Below, one piece after another: positions 1 to 11,493 of a stretch of 64,000 bases of DNA. The translations under genes and the position numbers were made by a program. The notes under the pieces are model-generated. The model did not search any database, had not been told where the DNA came from, and worked only from the letters and a program-made list of their open reading frames with translations. Source of the DNA: Azolla caroliniana (Eukaryota > Plantae > Polypodiophyta). The stretch's first letter is position 1, and each line of letters starts with the position of its first letter. The stretch spans positions 22,414,486 through 22,478,485 of the forward strand of contig JBHGNT010000008.1 of the NCBI GenBank assembly GCA_043228905.1. Reading direction: 5' to 3'.

Positions 1-3000
1 TCGACAGACATGAAGAAATTAGTAAATTAGAGGAGGGGGTTGAGAAGAGGTCGTGAGTAAATTAAAATGTTCATATCTGGCTCCTGTGATATCGTATTTC
101 AGTGTTCAAACATGCGAATTGAAGCTAACAACGCTACTATGATATGGAATTAAAAAATCAAGATTTTGAAACTCAGGTCGATAGACATGAAGAAATTACC
201 AAATTTGAGGAGGTAGTTGAGAAAAGCGCGTGAGCAAATTAAAATGTTCATACCTGGCTCGCGTGATATTAGATTTTTGTGTTCAAAGATACAAATCGAA
301 GCTAACAATACTTGCTATGATATGGAATTAGAAAATCAAGATTTTGAAACTCAGGTCGACAGACATGAAGAAATTAGTAAATTAGAGGAGGGAGTTGAGA
401 AAAGCGCTTGAGTAAATTAAAATGTTTATACCTAGCTTGTGTGATATCGGATTTCAGTGTTCAAACATGCGAATCGAAGCTAACAACGCGAGCTATGATA
501 TGGAATTAAAAAATCAAGATTTTGAAACTCAGGTCGAGAGACATGAAGAAATTAGTAAAGTAGAGGAGGGAGTTGAGAAGAGCCCATGAGTAAATTAAAT
601 GTTCATACTTGGCTTGTGTGATATCGGATTTCAGTGTTCAAACATGCGAATCGAAGCTAACAACAGTAGCTATGATATGGAACTAAAAAAGCAAGATTTT
701 GAAACTCAGGTCGAGAGACATGAAGAAATTAGTAAATTACAAGAGGGAATTGAGAAGAGCTCGTGAGTAAATTAAAATGTTCATACCTGGCTCCTGTGAG
801 CCCGGATTATTGTGTTCAAAGATTCGAATCGAAGCTAACAACAGTAGCTATGATATGGAATTAAAAAATCAATACTTTGAAACTCAGGTCGAGAGACATG
901 AAGAAATTAGTAAATTAGAGGAGGGAGTTGAGAAGAGCTCCTGAGTAAATTAAAATGTTCATACCTGGCTGCTGTGATCCCGGATTATTGTGTTCAAAGA
1001 TTCGAATCAAAGATAACAACAGTAGCTATGATATGGAATTAAAAAATCAAGATTTTGAAACTGGGGTCGAGAGACATGAAGAAATTACCAAATTAGAGGA
1101 GGGAGTTGAGAAAAGCTCGTGAGTAAATTAAAATGTTCATAGCTGGCTCGTGTGATATCGGATTTTAGTGTTCAAACATGCGAATCGAAGCTAACAACGC
1201 TAGCTATGATATGGAATTAAAAAATCAAGATTTTGAAACTTAGGTCGATAGACATGAAGAAATTAAAAAATTAGAGGAGGGAGTTGAGAAGAGCCCGTGA
1301 GTAAATTAAAATGGTCATAACTGGGTCCTGTGATATCGGATTTTTTTGTTCAAAGATGCGAATCGAAGCTAACAACACTAGCTATGATATGGAATGAAAA
1401 AATCAAGATTTTGGAACTCAGGTCGAGAGACATGAAGAAATTAGTAAATTAGAGGAGGGAGTTGAGAAGAGCTCGTGAGTAAATTAAAATGTTCATACCT
1501 GGCTCCTGTGATCCCGGATTATTGTGTTCAAAGATTCGAATCGAAGATAACAACAGTAGCTATGATATGGATTTACAAAATCAAGATTTTGAAACTCAGG
1601 TCGAGAGACATGAAGAAATTAGTAAATTAGAGGAGGGAGTTGAGAAGAGCTCGTGAGTAAGTTAAGATGTTCATATCTGGCTCCTGTGATCCCGGATTAT
1701 TGTGTTCAAAGATTCGAATCGAAGCTAACAACGCAAGCTATGATATGGAATTTAAAAAACAAGATTTGGAAACTCAGGTCGAGAGACATGAAGAAATTCG
1801 CGAATTAGAGGAGGGAGTTGAGAAAAGCTCGTGAGTAAATTAAAATGTTCATAACGGGCTCGTGTGATATTGGATTTTAGTGTTCAAACATGCGAATCGA
1901 AGCTAACAACGCTAGCTATGATATGGAATTAGAAAATCAAGATTTTGAAACTCAGGTCGACAGACATGAAGAAATTACTAAATTTTGAGGAGGGAGTTGA
2001 GACGAGGCCGAGAGTAAATTAAAATGTTCATAGCTGGCTTGTGTGATATCGGATTTTTGTGTTCTAAGATGCAAATCGAAGCTAACAACACTAGCTATGA
2101 TATGGATTCAAAAAATCAAGACTTTGAAACTCAGGTCGAGAGACATGAAGAAATTACTAAATTAGAGGAGGGAGTTGAGAAGAGCTCCTGAGTAAATTAA
2201 AATGTTCATACCTGGCTGCTGTGATCCCGGATTATTGTGTTCAAAGATTCGAATCAAAGATAACAACAGTAGCTATGATATGGAATTAAAAAATCAAGAT
2301 TTTGAAACTGGGGTCGAGAGACATGAAGAAATTACCAAATTAGAGGAGGGAGTTGAGAAGAGCTCGTGAGTAAGTTAAGATGTTCATATCTGGCTCCTGT
2401 GATCCCGGATTATTGTGTTCAAAGATTCGAATCGAAGCTAACAACGCAAGCTATGATATGGAATTTAAAAAACAAGATTTGGAAACTCAGGTCGAGAGAC
2501 ATGAAGAAATTCGCGAATTAGAGGAGGGAGTTGAGAAAAGCTCGTGAGTAAATTAAAAGGTTCATAACGGGCTCGTGTGATATTGGATTTTAGTGTTCAA
2601 ACATGCGAATCGAAGCTAACAACGCTAGCTATGATATGGAATTAAAAAATCAAGATTTTGAAACTCAGGTCGACAGACATGAAGAAATTACTAAATTTTG
2701 AGGAGGGAGTTGAGACGAGGCCGAGAGTAAATTAAAATGTTCATAGCTGGCTTGTGTGATATCGGATTTTTGTGTTCTAGGATGCAAATCGAAGCTAACA
2801 ACACTAGCTATGATATGGATTCAAAAAATCAAGACTTTGAAACTCAGGTCGAGAGACATGAAGAAATTACTAAATTAGAGGAGGGAGTGGAGAAGAGCTC
2901 GTGAGTAAATTAAAATGTTCATACCTGGCTCGTGTGATATCGGATTTTTGTGTTCAAAGATACGAATCGAAGCTAACAACGCTAGCTATGATATGGAATT

Positions 3001-6000
3001 TAAAAAACAAGATTTGGAAACTCAGGTCGAGAGACATGAAGAAATTACCAAATTAGAGGAGGGAGTTGAGAAAAGCTCGTGAGTAAATTAAAATGTTGGT
3101 AACTGGCTCGTGTGATATCGGATTTTAGTGTTCAAACATGCGAATCGAAGCTAACAACGCTAGTTATGATATGGTATTAAAAAATCAAGATTTTGAAACT
3201 CAGGTCGACAGACTTGAAGAAATTACAAAATTTGAGGAGGGCGTTGAGAGGAGCCCTTAAGTGTAAATTAAAATATTCATAGCTGGCTCGTGTGATATCG
3301 GATTATAGTGTTGAAATATGCGAATCGAAGCTAACAACACTAGCTATGATATGGAATTAAATAATCGAGATTTTGAAACTCAGGTCGACAGACATGAAGA
3401 AATTAGTAAATTAGAGGAGGGGGTTGAGAAGAGGTCGTGAGTAAATTAAAATGTTCATATCTGGCTCCTGTGATATCGTATTTCAGTGTTCAAACATGCG
3501 AATTGAAGCTAACAACGCTACTATGATATGGAATTAAAAAATCAAGATTTTGAAACTCAGGTCGATAGACATGAAGAAATTACCAAATTTGAGGAGGTAG
3601 TTGAGAAAAGCGCGTGAGCAAATTAAAATGTTCATACCTGGCTCGCGTGATATTAGATTTTTGTGTTCAAAGATACAAATCGAAGCTAACAATACTTGCT
3701 ATGATATGGAATTAGAAAATCAAGATTTTGAAACTCAGGTCGACAGACATGAAGAAATTAGTAAATTAGAGGAGGGAGTTGAGAAAAGCGCTTGAGTAAA
3801 TTAAAATGTTTATACCTAGCTTGTGTGATATCGGATTTCAGTGTTCAAACATGCGAATCGAAGCTAACAACGCGAGCTATGATATGGAATTAAAAAATCA
3901 AGATTTTGAAACTCAGGTCGAGAGACATGAAGAAATTAGTAAAGTAGAGGAGGGAGTTGAGAAGAGCCCATGAGTAAATTAAATGTTCATACTTGGCTTG
4001 TGTGATATCGGATTTCAGTGTTCAAACATGCGAATCGAAGCTAACAACGCTAGGTATGATATGCAATTGAAAAAAAAAGATTTTAAAACTCAGGTTGAAA
4101 GGACATGAATAAATTACAAAATATGAGGACGGAGTTGAGAATAGCGTGTGAGTAAATTAAAATGTTCATACCTGGCTCGTATGATATTGGTTTTTAGTGT
4201 TCAAACATGCGAATCAAAGGTAACAACACTAGCTGTGATATAAAATTAAAAAATGAAGATTTTGAAACTCAGGTCAACAGACAGGACGGAATTAATAAAT
4301 TAGAGGAGGGAGTTGAGAAGAGCCCGTGAGTAAATAAAAATGTTCATAACTAGGTCATGTGATATCGGATTTTAGTGTTCAAACATGCGAATCGAATCTA
4401 TCTACGCTAGCTATGATATGGAATTAAAAAATTAAGATTTTCAAACTCAGGTCGAGATACATGAAGAAATTACCAAATTTGAGGAGGGAGTTGAGAAGAG
4501 CCTGAGTGAAAATTAAAATGTTCATACCTGGCTCGTGTGATATCGGATTATAGTGTTCACATGCAAATCGAACCTAAGAAGGCTACCTATGATATGGAAT
4601 TAAAAAATCAAAATTTTGAAACGCAGGTCGTCAGAAATGAAGAAATTAGTAAATTAGAGGAGGGAGTGGAGAAGAGCTCGTGAGTAGATTAAAATGATCA
4701 TACCTGGCTCCTGTGATCCCGGATTATTGTGTTCAAAGATTCGAATCGAAGCTAACAACACTAGCTATGATATGGAATTAAAAAATCAAGATTTTGAAAC
4801 TCCGGTCGACAGACATGAAGAAATTAGTAAATTTGAGGAGGGAGTTGAGAAGAGCGCGTGAGTAAATTAAAATATTCATACCTAGCTCGTGTGATATCGG
4901 ATTTTTCTGTTCAAAGATGCCAATCCAAGCTAACAACACTAGCTATGATATGGAATTAAAAAATCAAGATTTCAAAACTTAGATCGAGAGACATGAAGAA
5001 ATTCGCGAATTAGAGGAGGGAGTTGAGAAGATCCCGAGAGTAAATTAAAATGTTCATACGTGGCCCCTGTGATATCGGATTTTAGTGTTCAAACATGCAA
5101 ATCGAAGCTAACAAAGCTAGCTATGATACAAAATTAAAAAATAAAGATTTTGAAACTCAGATCGACAGACATGAAGAAATTACGAAATTTGAGGAGGGAG
5201 TTGAGTTGAGCGCGTGATTAAATTAAAATATTCATACCTGGCGCGTGTGATATCGGATTTTTGTGTTCAAAGATGCGAATCGGAGCTAACAACACTAGCT
5301 ATGATATGGAATGAAAAAAATCAAGATTTTGAAACTCATGTGAGAGACATGAAGAAATTAGTAAATTACAGGAGGGAGTTGAGAAGAGGTCGTGAGTAAA
5401 TTAAAATGTTAATACCTGGCTCCTGTGATATCGGATTTGATTGTTCAAACATGCGTATCGAAGCTAACAACACTAGCTATGATATGAAATTAAAAAAATA
5501 AGATTTTAAAACTCAGGTCGACAGACATGAAGAAATTACATAATTTGAGGAGGGAGTTCAGACGAGGCCGAGAGTAAATTAAAATGTTCATAGCTGGCTT
5601 GTGTGATATCGGATTTTTGTGTTCAAAGCTGCGAATCGAAGCTAACAACACTAGCTATGATATGGAATTAATAAATCAAGATTTTGAAACTCAGGTCGAG
5701 AGACATGAAGAAATTAGTAAATTAGAGGAGGGAGTGGAGAATAGCTCGTGAGTAAATTAAAATGTTCATACCTGGCTCGTGTGATATCGGATTTTTGTGT
5801 TCAAGGATGCGAAACGAAGCTAACAACACTAGCTATGATATGGAATTAAAAAATCAAGATTTCGAAACTTAGGTCGAGAGACATGAAGAAATTACCAAAT
5901 TTGAGGAGGGAGTTGAGAAGAGCGCGTGAGTAAATTAAAATTTTCATACCTGGCCCATGTGATATCCGATTTTAGTGTTCAAACTTGCGAATCGAAGCTA

Positions 6001-7614
6001 ACAACACTAGCTATGATATGGAATTAGAAAATCAAGATTTTGAAAGTCTTGTCGAGAGACATGAAGAAATTACGAAATTTGAGGAGGGAGTTGAGAAGAG
6101 CGCGTGAGTAAATTAAAATATTTATACCTGGCTCGTGTGATATCGGATTTTTGTGTTCAAAGATGTGAATCGAAGCTAACAACCCTAGCTATGATAAGAA
6201 ATTGAAAAATAAAGATTTCGAAACTCAGGTCGAGAGACTTGAAGAAATTCGCGAATTAGAGGAGGGAGTTGAGAAGATCCCGAGAGTAAATTAAAATGTT
6301 CATACCTGGCCCCGGTGATATCGGATTTTTGTGTTCAAACATGCGAATCGAAGCTAACAACCCTAGCTATGATATGAAATTAAAAAATCTAGATTTCGAA
6401 ACTCAGGTCGAGAGACATGAAGAAATTCGCGAATTAGAGGATGGAGTTGAGAAGGTCCCGAGAGTAAATTAAAATGTTTATACCTGGTCCCTGTGATATC
6501 GGATTTTAGTGTTCAAACATGCGAGTCGAAGCTAACAACGCTAGCTATGATACAGAATTAAAAAAGAAAGATTTTGATACTCAGGTCGACAGACATGAAG
6601 AAATTACGAAATTTGAGGAGGGAGTTGAGATGAGCGCGTGAGTAAATTAAAATATTTATACCTCGCTCGTGTGATATCGGATTTTTGTGTTCAAAGATGC
6701 GAATTGAAGCTAACAACCCTAGCTATGATATGAAATTAAAAAATGAAGATTTCGAAACTCAGGTCGAGAGACATGAAGAAATTCGCGAATTATAGGAGGG
6801 AGTTGAGAAGATCCCGAGAGTAAATTAAAATGTTCATACCTGGCCCCTGTGATATCGGATTTTAGTGTTCAAACATGCGAATCGAAGCTAACAACGCTAG
6901 CTATGATACAGAATTAAAATATAAAGATTTTGAAACTCAGGTTGAGAGACATGAAGAAATTACGAAATTTGAGGAGGGAGTTGAGAAGAGCACGTGAGTA
7001 AATTAAAATATTCATACTTGGCTTGTGTGATATCGGATTTTTGTGTTCAAAGATGCGAATCGCAGCTAACAGCATTAGCTATGATATGGAATTAAAAAAT
7101 CAAGATTTTGAAACTTAGGTGAGAGACATGAAGAAATTAGTAAATTAGAGGAGGAATTTGAGAAGAGGTCGTGAGTAAATTAAAATGTTCATACCTGGCT
7201 CCTGTGATATCGGATTTCAGTGTTCAAACATGCGAATTAAAGCTAACAACGCTAGCTATGATATGGAATTAATAAATCAAGATTTTGAAACTCAGGTCGA
7301 TAGACATGAAGAAATTACCAAATTTGAGGAGGGAGTTGAGAAGAGCGCGTGAGTAAATTAAAATGTTCATACCTGGCCCATGTGATATCCGATTTTAGTG
7401 TTCAAACATGCGAATCGAAGCTAACAACACTAGCTATGATATGGAATTAGGAAATCAAGATTTTGAAACTCAGGTCGAGGGACATGAAGAAATTACCAAA
7501 TTTGAGGAGGGAGTTGAGAAGAGCGCGTGAGTAAATTAAAATATTCATACCTGGCTCGTGTGATATCGAATTTTTGTGTTCAAAGATGCGAATCGAAGCT
7601 AACAACACTAGCTA
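1..7614 (+). repeat. 178-bp tandem satellite, diverged (older) variant layer
   Basis: Head-to-tail ~178-bp monomers (gagtaaattaaaatgttcatacctggctcgtgtgatatcgg...gaggagggagttgaga). The diagnostic variant gacatgaagaaattagtaaattagagg predominates, with many private substitutions. Confidence 0.97.
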
Positions 7615-7615
7615 C

Positions 7616-7705
7616 GAATTGTGAGTTCTAGACCGTGAGGTCAATACAAGGAGTGCGAAGGGTATACAATCGGTGGGTGAATGTGAGATTAAGAGTGAGA
7701 ATTAT

Positions 7706-7736
<31 letters not shown>

Positions 7737-7847
7737 GAGATAGAGAGAGATATGTACAAAGAATTGTGAGTTCTAGACCGTGAGGTCAATACAAGGAGTG
7801 CGAACGGTATACAATCGGTGGGTGAATGTGAGATTAAGAGTGAGAAT

Positions 7848-7935
<88 letters not shown>

Positions 7936-7943
7936 TGTACAAA
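7616..7943 (-). repeat. Tandem duplication of the terminal segment of the left PLE arm
   Basis: gaattgtgagttctagaccgtgagg...(ga)n tatgtacaaa occurs at 7616-7760 and 7761-7943. The copies differ mainly in GA tract length. Confidence 0.9.
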
Positions 7944-8008
7944 GTTTAGAGAGAGAGAAATAGACTAAAGACTAATTCATATTAAGAAACTTAAAAAGTA
8001 ATACAAAG

Positions 8009-8070
8009 AAATGGTCGATGTGGTAAACTAGTTTCGCTCCTACGGAGCTCATCAGTGCACAAGACCATTT
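8009..8070 (-). ncRNA. Minimal type I hammerhead ribozyme (left arm)
   Basis: Minus strand reads AAATGGTC-TTGTGCA-CTGATGA-GCTCC-gta-GGAGC-GAAAC-TA-GTT^-TACCACATC-GACCATTT. It has the complete core, a 5-bp stem II and an 8-bp distal stem I. There is a C.A mismatch in proximal stem I. Confidence 0.85.
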
Positions 8071-8083
8071 AGAATTGGAGGGG

Positions 8084-8091
8084 TTTATATA
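8084..8091 (-). promoter_or_regulatory. TATA box upstream of the left hammerhead
   Basis: Minus strand reads ccc-TATATAAA-ccc, ~14 nt before the ribozyme. The position mirrors the right arm. Confidence 0.55.
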
Positions 8092-8105
8092 GGGAAGATA
8101 AGGGA

Positions 8106-8158
<53 letters not shown>

Positions 8159-8780
8159 TAGTGTGTGTGTGTGTGTTCAAATTTGATGATGTAGGAGATA
8201 TGGGGTTTGATATATTTGGTGTGGGATAGAAGATTTTTTGGGGTTATTTGAAAAACATGTAGGGGAGTGTGAGAGAGAAAGAGAGAGGAAGGGTAAGAGA
8301 GAAGTGTGTGAGGTGGGAGTTAGGGATGGTGAAGTACGTTAGAATGTATGGAGATCTTTGAAAAAAGGAGGGGGGTAGGAAGAATTGGAGGGTATATTGG
8401 AAATTAAAGTGGAGGAGGAAAGGGTAGAGTGAGATTAAGAAGAATGAAAGGGGGAGGGGTACGAGAAATTTACTAAAAGAGGGAGGGGTATGAATGTAAT
8501 TCTGGAAAAAAGGAAGGGGGAAAGGGGTAGATTGAAATTAATGAACGAGACAGGGGTAGAGTAAATTGACAAAGTGGGAATGAAGTGAAAAGATCACCAA
8601 GAACGATTCAAGCGCACCCAAATCGTTTCATATACTTGGCGTGAGTTAGGGAAAGGTAGGGGTAATGTTAGAGTGGCAATGAAAAAGTAAAGGGAGGGGT
8701 AGAAGATCAAATTAGGAAAAATAAGGCTCCGGACTGTGTATGACAGCCGGCCTATAGATCTACAACCCCCCCTCCATGGC

Positions 8781-8967
8781 ATGATGCACGGGACTGCACA
8801 AGGCAGCCGTCATGGATACATGCCCCCTCTCCTCCCAACCCCACACATGTATTATGAAGAAAACAATGTCTCCCACCTATGTAACCCTAATCTTCCCCAC
8901 TCCTCTCTCCCCCCACGCAACCTCTCTGTACAAATAGCTCCCTCCTCCTCCTCCTCCCCCCCCCCCC
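8781..8967 (+). CDS. Probable N-terminal part of PLE ORF1, out of frame at a C12 homopolymer
   Basis: MMHGTAQGSRHGYMPPLLPTPHMYYEENN...SSSSSPPP. One extra C at 8956-8967 would join it to the ORF1 frame (PSFSHSFPHPPPPTP...MDTPSPF). Confidence 0.4.
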
Positions 8968-9034
8968 TCCCTCTTTCTCTCACTCGTTCCCCCATCCTCC
9001 TCCTCCTACCCCCTTTTTACTTTCTAAATATTAC

Positions 9035-9520
9035 ATGGATACCCCCTCCCCCTTTTTGTCTAATTCTTACTCTACCCACCCCCCTTATGTTGAAGAATTC
9101 CATTCAAACCCCCCACAATTTTCTTCCATTTATCACTCTACACCTCCCCCATTATCATCTAATTTTCATAATGCCCTTCCCCACCTTTTTTCAAATCCTT
9201 ACCCTACCCATACCCCTTTAATTAGCCCACATCACTCTCATTATACTTATCATTCCCCCCCAACACATCCTCCATATTCAACTCATCTCCCCCCTACACA
9301 TCCTCCATATTACACTAACCCCCCCCCCCCCTTTCTTCCTAATAAAAAAACCCCCAACTTTTATTCTCACACCCCCTTTCTTCCTAACACAAAAACCCCC
9401 AACTTTTCTTCTAACACTCCCTCACATAAAAACTATAAACACTATCAAAATACATCAAAACCTTGTCCTCCCCCAAAACCACTAGGAGACCCACAACCTA
9501 GTAGACCAAAAAACGGTTAG
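9035..9520 (+). CDS. PLE ORF1, Pro/His/Ser/Tyr/Asn-rich low-complexity protein (frame open from 8891)
   Basis: 161 aa from the first ATG. Internal 33-bp and 45-bp duplications keep the frame. It ends immediately after a slippery heptamer that overlaps the RT frame. Confidence 0.65.
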   Translation: MDTPSPFLSNSYSTHPPYVEEFHSNPPQFSSIYHSTPPPLSSNFHNALPHLFSNPYPTHTPLISPHHSHYTYHSPPTHPPYSTHLPPTHPPYYTNPPPPFLPNKKTPNFYSHTPFLPNTKTPNFSSNTPSHKNYKHYQNTSKPCPPPKPLGDPQPSRPKNG

Positions 9521-9573
9521 CTAGGCGTGCTAAACGCGTTAACAAACGGTTTAGACACGTCGTACACCCTAGC
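9508..9573 (+). promoter_or_regulatory. Predicted programmed -1 ribosomal frameshift signal
   Basis: A_AAA_AAC (9508-9514) in ORF1 phase, a 5-nt spacer, then a stem-loop GCTAGG/CCTAGC, CGTG/CACG, CTAAAC/GTTTAG, CGTT/AACG. The -1 frame is open from 9505 into the RT. Confidence 0.75.
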
Positions 9574-11493
9574 AAACGTTTATTCTACCTACTTAATAGA
9601 TCCCCCTCCACCCAAGACACATATATGTGGTTTGGGGGAAAACAGAAACTATTTCCCTTCCTTTCACACCCCAAATCCCAAAATAAAAAACCTAGAACCA
9701 ACTTCTGGAAACCTCTTACTAGTACACAAGTAATTCATAGTAAAATCCATAACCTCTCTAAACATAACCTCACTAAAAATGAAACACAATTGCTAAACCT
9801 AGGCCTTAAGTATATCCTACCATCCCCACCTCCCTCACCCAACAATATCCTAAAAGAATTCACCCACCTCTCGAGATCCCTCAAGCTAAAACATTTTTTT
9901 AGAAATACACCTTCACTTCCTCTCAACCCCTTCAAACTACCTAACCCTAGTTGGATGCCACCCACAGAATATCCACCCCTAGTCTCCATAATAGAAAAAC
10001 ACCAACACATCCTTAACCAAATAGCACACAACACTAAGCCCATAAACACTAGAATCCCATACCACCTCTCTAGAGCCTTTAAAAGCCTCCAACACAACAA
10101 ACACATTATCATCCTCCCAGCCGATAAAAATATGGGAGTATGTGTTCTAGATAAAGACACATACTACACCAAAGCCATAGAACACCTCTCGAATTCTACC
10201 ACCTATAAGAGAGTCAACCACTTCCCCTTGGAAGAGTTACTATACCGCCTTAATAACATAATAACAAACCACTTAGGTACACTTTCCCCAATTGAAGCTA
10301 ATTTCATCCTCCACAAACCCAAAAAAGGATATCAAGTATCCAACCTCTATTTCCTCCCTAAATTACACAAAACACCTATGGGTTTCCGGCCCATTTGTTC
10401 ATATAATAACTCCTTATTTGAACAAACATCGAAGTGGTTACACCACCAACTTTTACCAATCCTCCTTCTCCAACCACAATATCTAAAAGACTCTCACACA
10501 CTAATCCAATCACTAGAAAACCTACACCCACCATCTAATAGTTTCTTATTCACGTTTGACGTTGAATCTCTCTATCCTAGTATCCCCCCTAAGTTAGGAC
10601 TCCAAGCCCTACGTAGTCTAATCACCCCCCACTTTTCCCCTTCGAAAACAAATCTCATCTATACCCTTAGTGCCCTTATTTTAGAATATCACTATCTCAC
10701 TTTTGATGACGTAGTTTACCAACAAATAAAAGGTACGGCCATGGGTAGCAACTTTTCAGTCGTATATGCATGCCTCTTTTTAGTATATCTCGAAAACTTA
10801 CAACCATCGCCCCCCCATCTCTTCTACTTCACCCGCTATATTGATGATGCATTTGGGGTCTGGACAGGCACCAAATCTCAACTTTTAGAATATCTCGACT
10901 TTTACCCTTCACACACAAATAACTCCATCAAGCTTACCATTCAAACTTCCCCCTTTCGGCTACCTTTTTTAGACATATGGATCAACCTCCAAAATTCATC
11001 TTTCTTATTCAATTGTTTTCAAAAACCTCTCAATTCATACCAATACTTGCCTTTTTCATCGGATCATCCTTCCCATACGAAACAACACTTTATCACTAAT
11101 GAAGTGAAGAGATATCTTATTAGAGAAAGCACCCCATTAGGTTTCTACCAAATGAAAAAACTCTTTTTCAATAGACTAGTTAACCGTGGTTACCCTCCAT
11201 CCTTTATACTAAAAAGCTATAAGAAAATACCTTTTAGTCTTAGAAAAACACTCCTATATCAACCCAAAACTATTACTTCCCTTAACCCCACAATCTTTAA
11301 ACTTAGATACACCAAACATACCCCAAAACTAGGCATTCATAGTTTTCTAAAAAATCTCTATAATGACTTAATGTTAGATCCCGAGCTTACAAGCATCTCA
11401 CGCCCTTTCGTATGTTGGACAAAATCTAAGTCCTTACATGCCCTCCTAGTTAAGACTAAGTTTTCAAAAAATCCACCAAAATCCTCCACTTAA
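9514..11493 (+). CDS. Penelope-like reverse transcriptase without GIY-YIG endonuclease (first in-frame ATG 9625)
   Basis: PLE motifs: NLSKHNLTKNETQLLNLGLKY, IIILPADKNMG, YFLPKLHK..RPI, FDVESLYPSIP, QIKGTAMGS, RYIDD, LPFLDI, QKPLNSYQYLPFSSDHP. The ORF is uninterrupted and ends without GIY-YIG motifs. Confidence 0.93.
   Translation, partial: RLARRAKRVNKRFRHVVHPSKRLFYLLNRSPSTQDTYMWFGGKQKLFPFLSHPKSQNKKPRTNFWKPLTSTQVIHSKIHNLSKHNLTKNETQLLNLGLKYILPSPPPSPNNILKEFTHLSRSLKLKHFFRNTPSLPLNPFKLPNPSWMPPTEYPPLVSIIEKHQHILNQIAHNTKPINTRIPYHLSRAFKSLQHNKHIIILPADKNMGVCVLDKDTYYTKAIEHLSNSTTYKRVNHFPLEELLYRLNNIITNHLGTLSPIEANFILHKPKKGYQVSNLYFLPKLHKTPMGFRPICSYNNSLFEQTSKWLHHQLLPILLLQPQYLKDSHTLIQSLENLHPPSNSFLFTFDVESLYPSIPPKLGLQALRSLITPHFSPSKTNLIYTLSALILEYHYLTFDDVVYQQIKGTAMGSNFSVVYACLFLVYLENLQPSPPHLFYFTRYIDDAFGVWTGTKSQLLEYLDFYPSHTNNSIKLTIQTSPFRLPFLDIWINLQNSSFLFNCFQKPLNSYQYLPFSSDHPSHTKQHFITNEVKRYLIRESTPLGFYQMKKLFFNRLVNRGYPPSFILKSYKKIPFSLRKTLLYQPKTITSLNPTIFKLRYTKHTPKLGIHSFLKNLYNDLMLDPELTSISRPFVCWTKSKSLHALLVKTKFSKNPPKSST

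Noticed and set aside
7780-7968. ORF with an ERERER tract
   Set aside because: It is a translation of a (GA)n microsatellite.
8602-8629. Hairpin AACGATT-N12-AATCGTT in the left arm
   Set aside because: A single short stem with no supporting second copy could be chance.
8736-9520. Extensin-like host gene
   Set aside because: It has no signal peptide or regular SPPPP repeats. It lies inside the retroelement and is linked to the RT.
9527-9733. 68-aa ORF in frame after the ORF1 stop (possible readthrough)
   Set aside because: It overlaps the open RT frame and terminates early. A -1 frameshift explains the region better.
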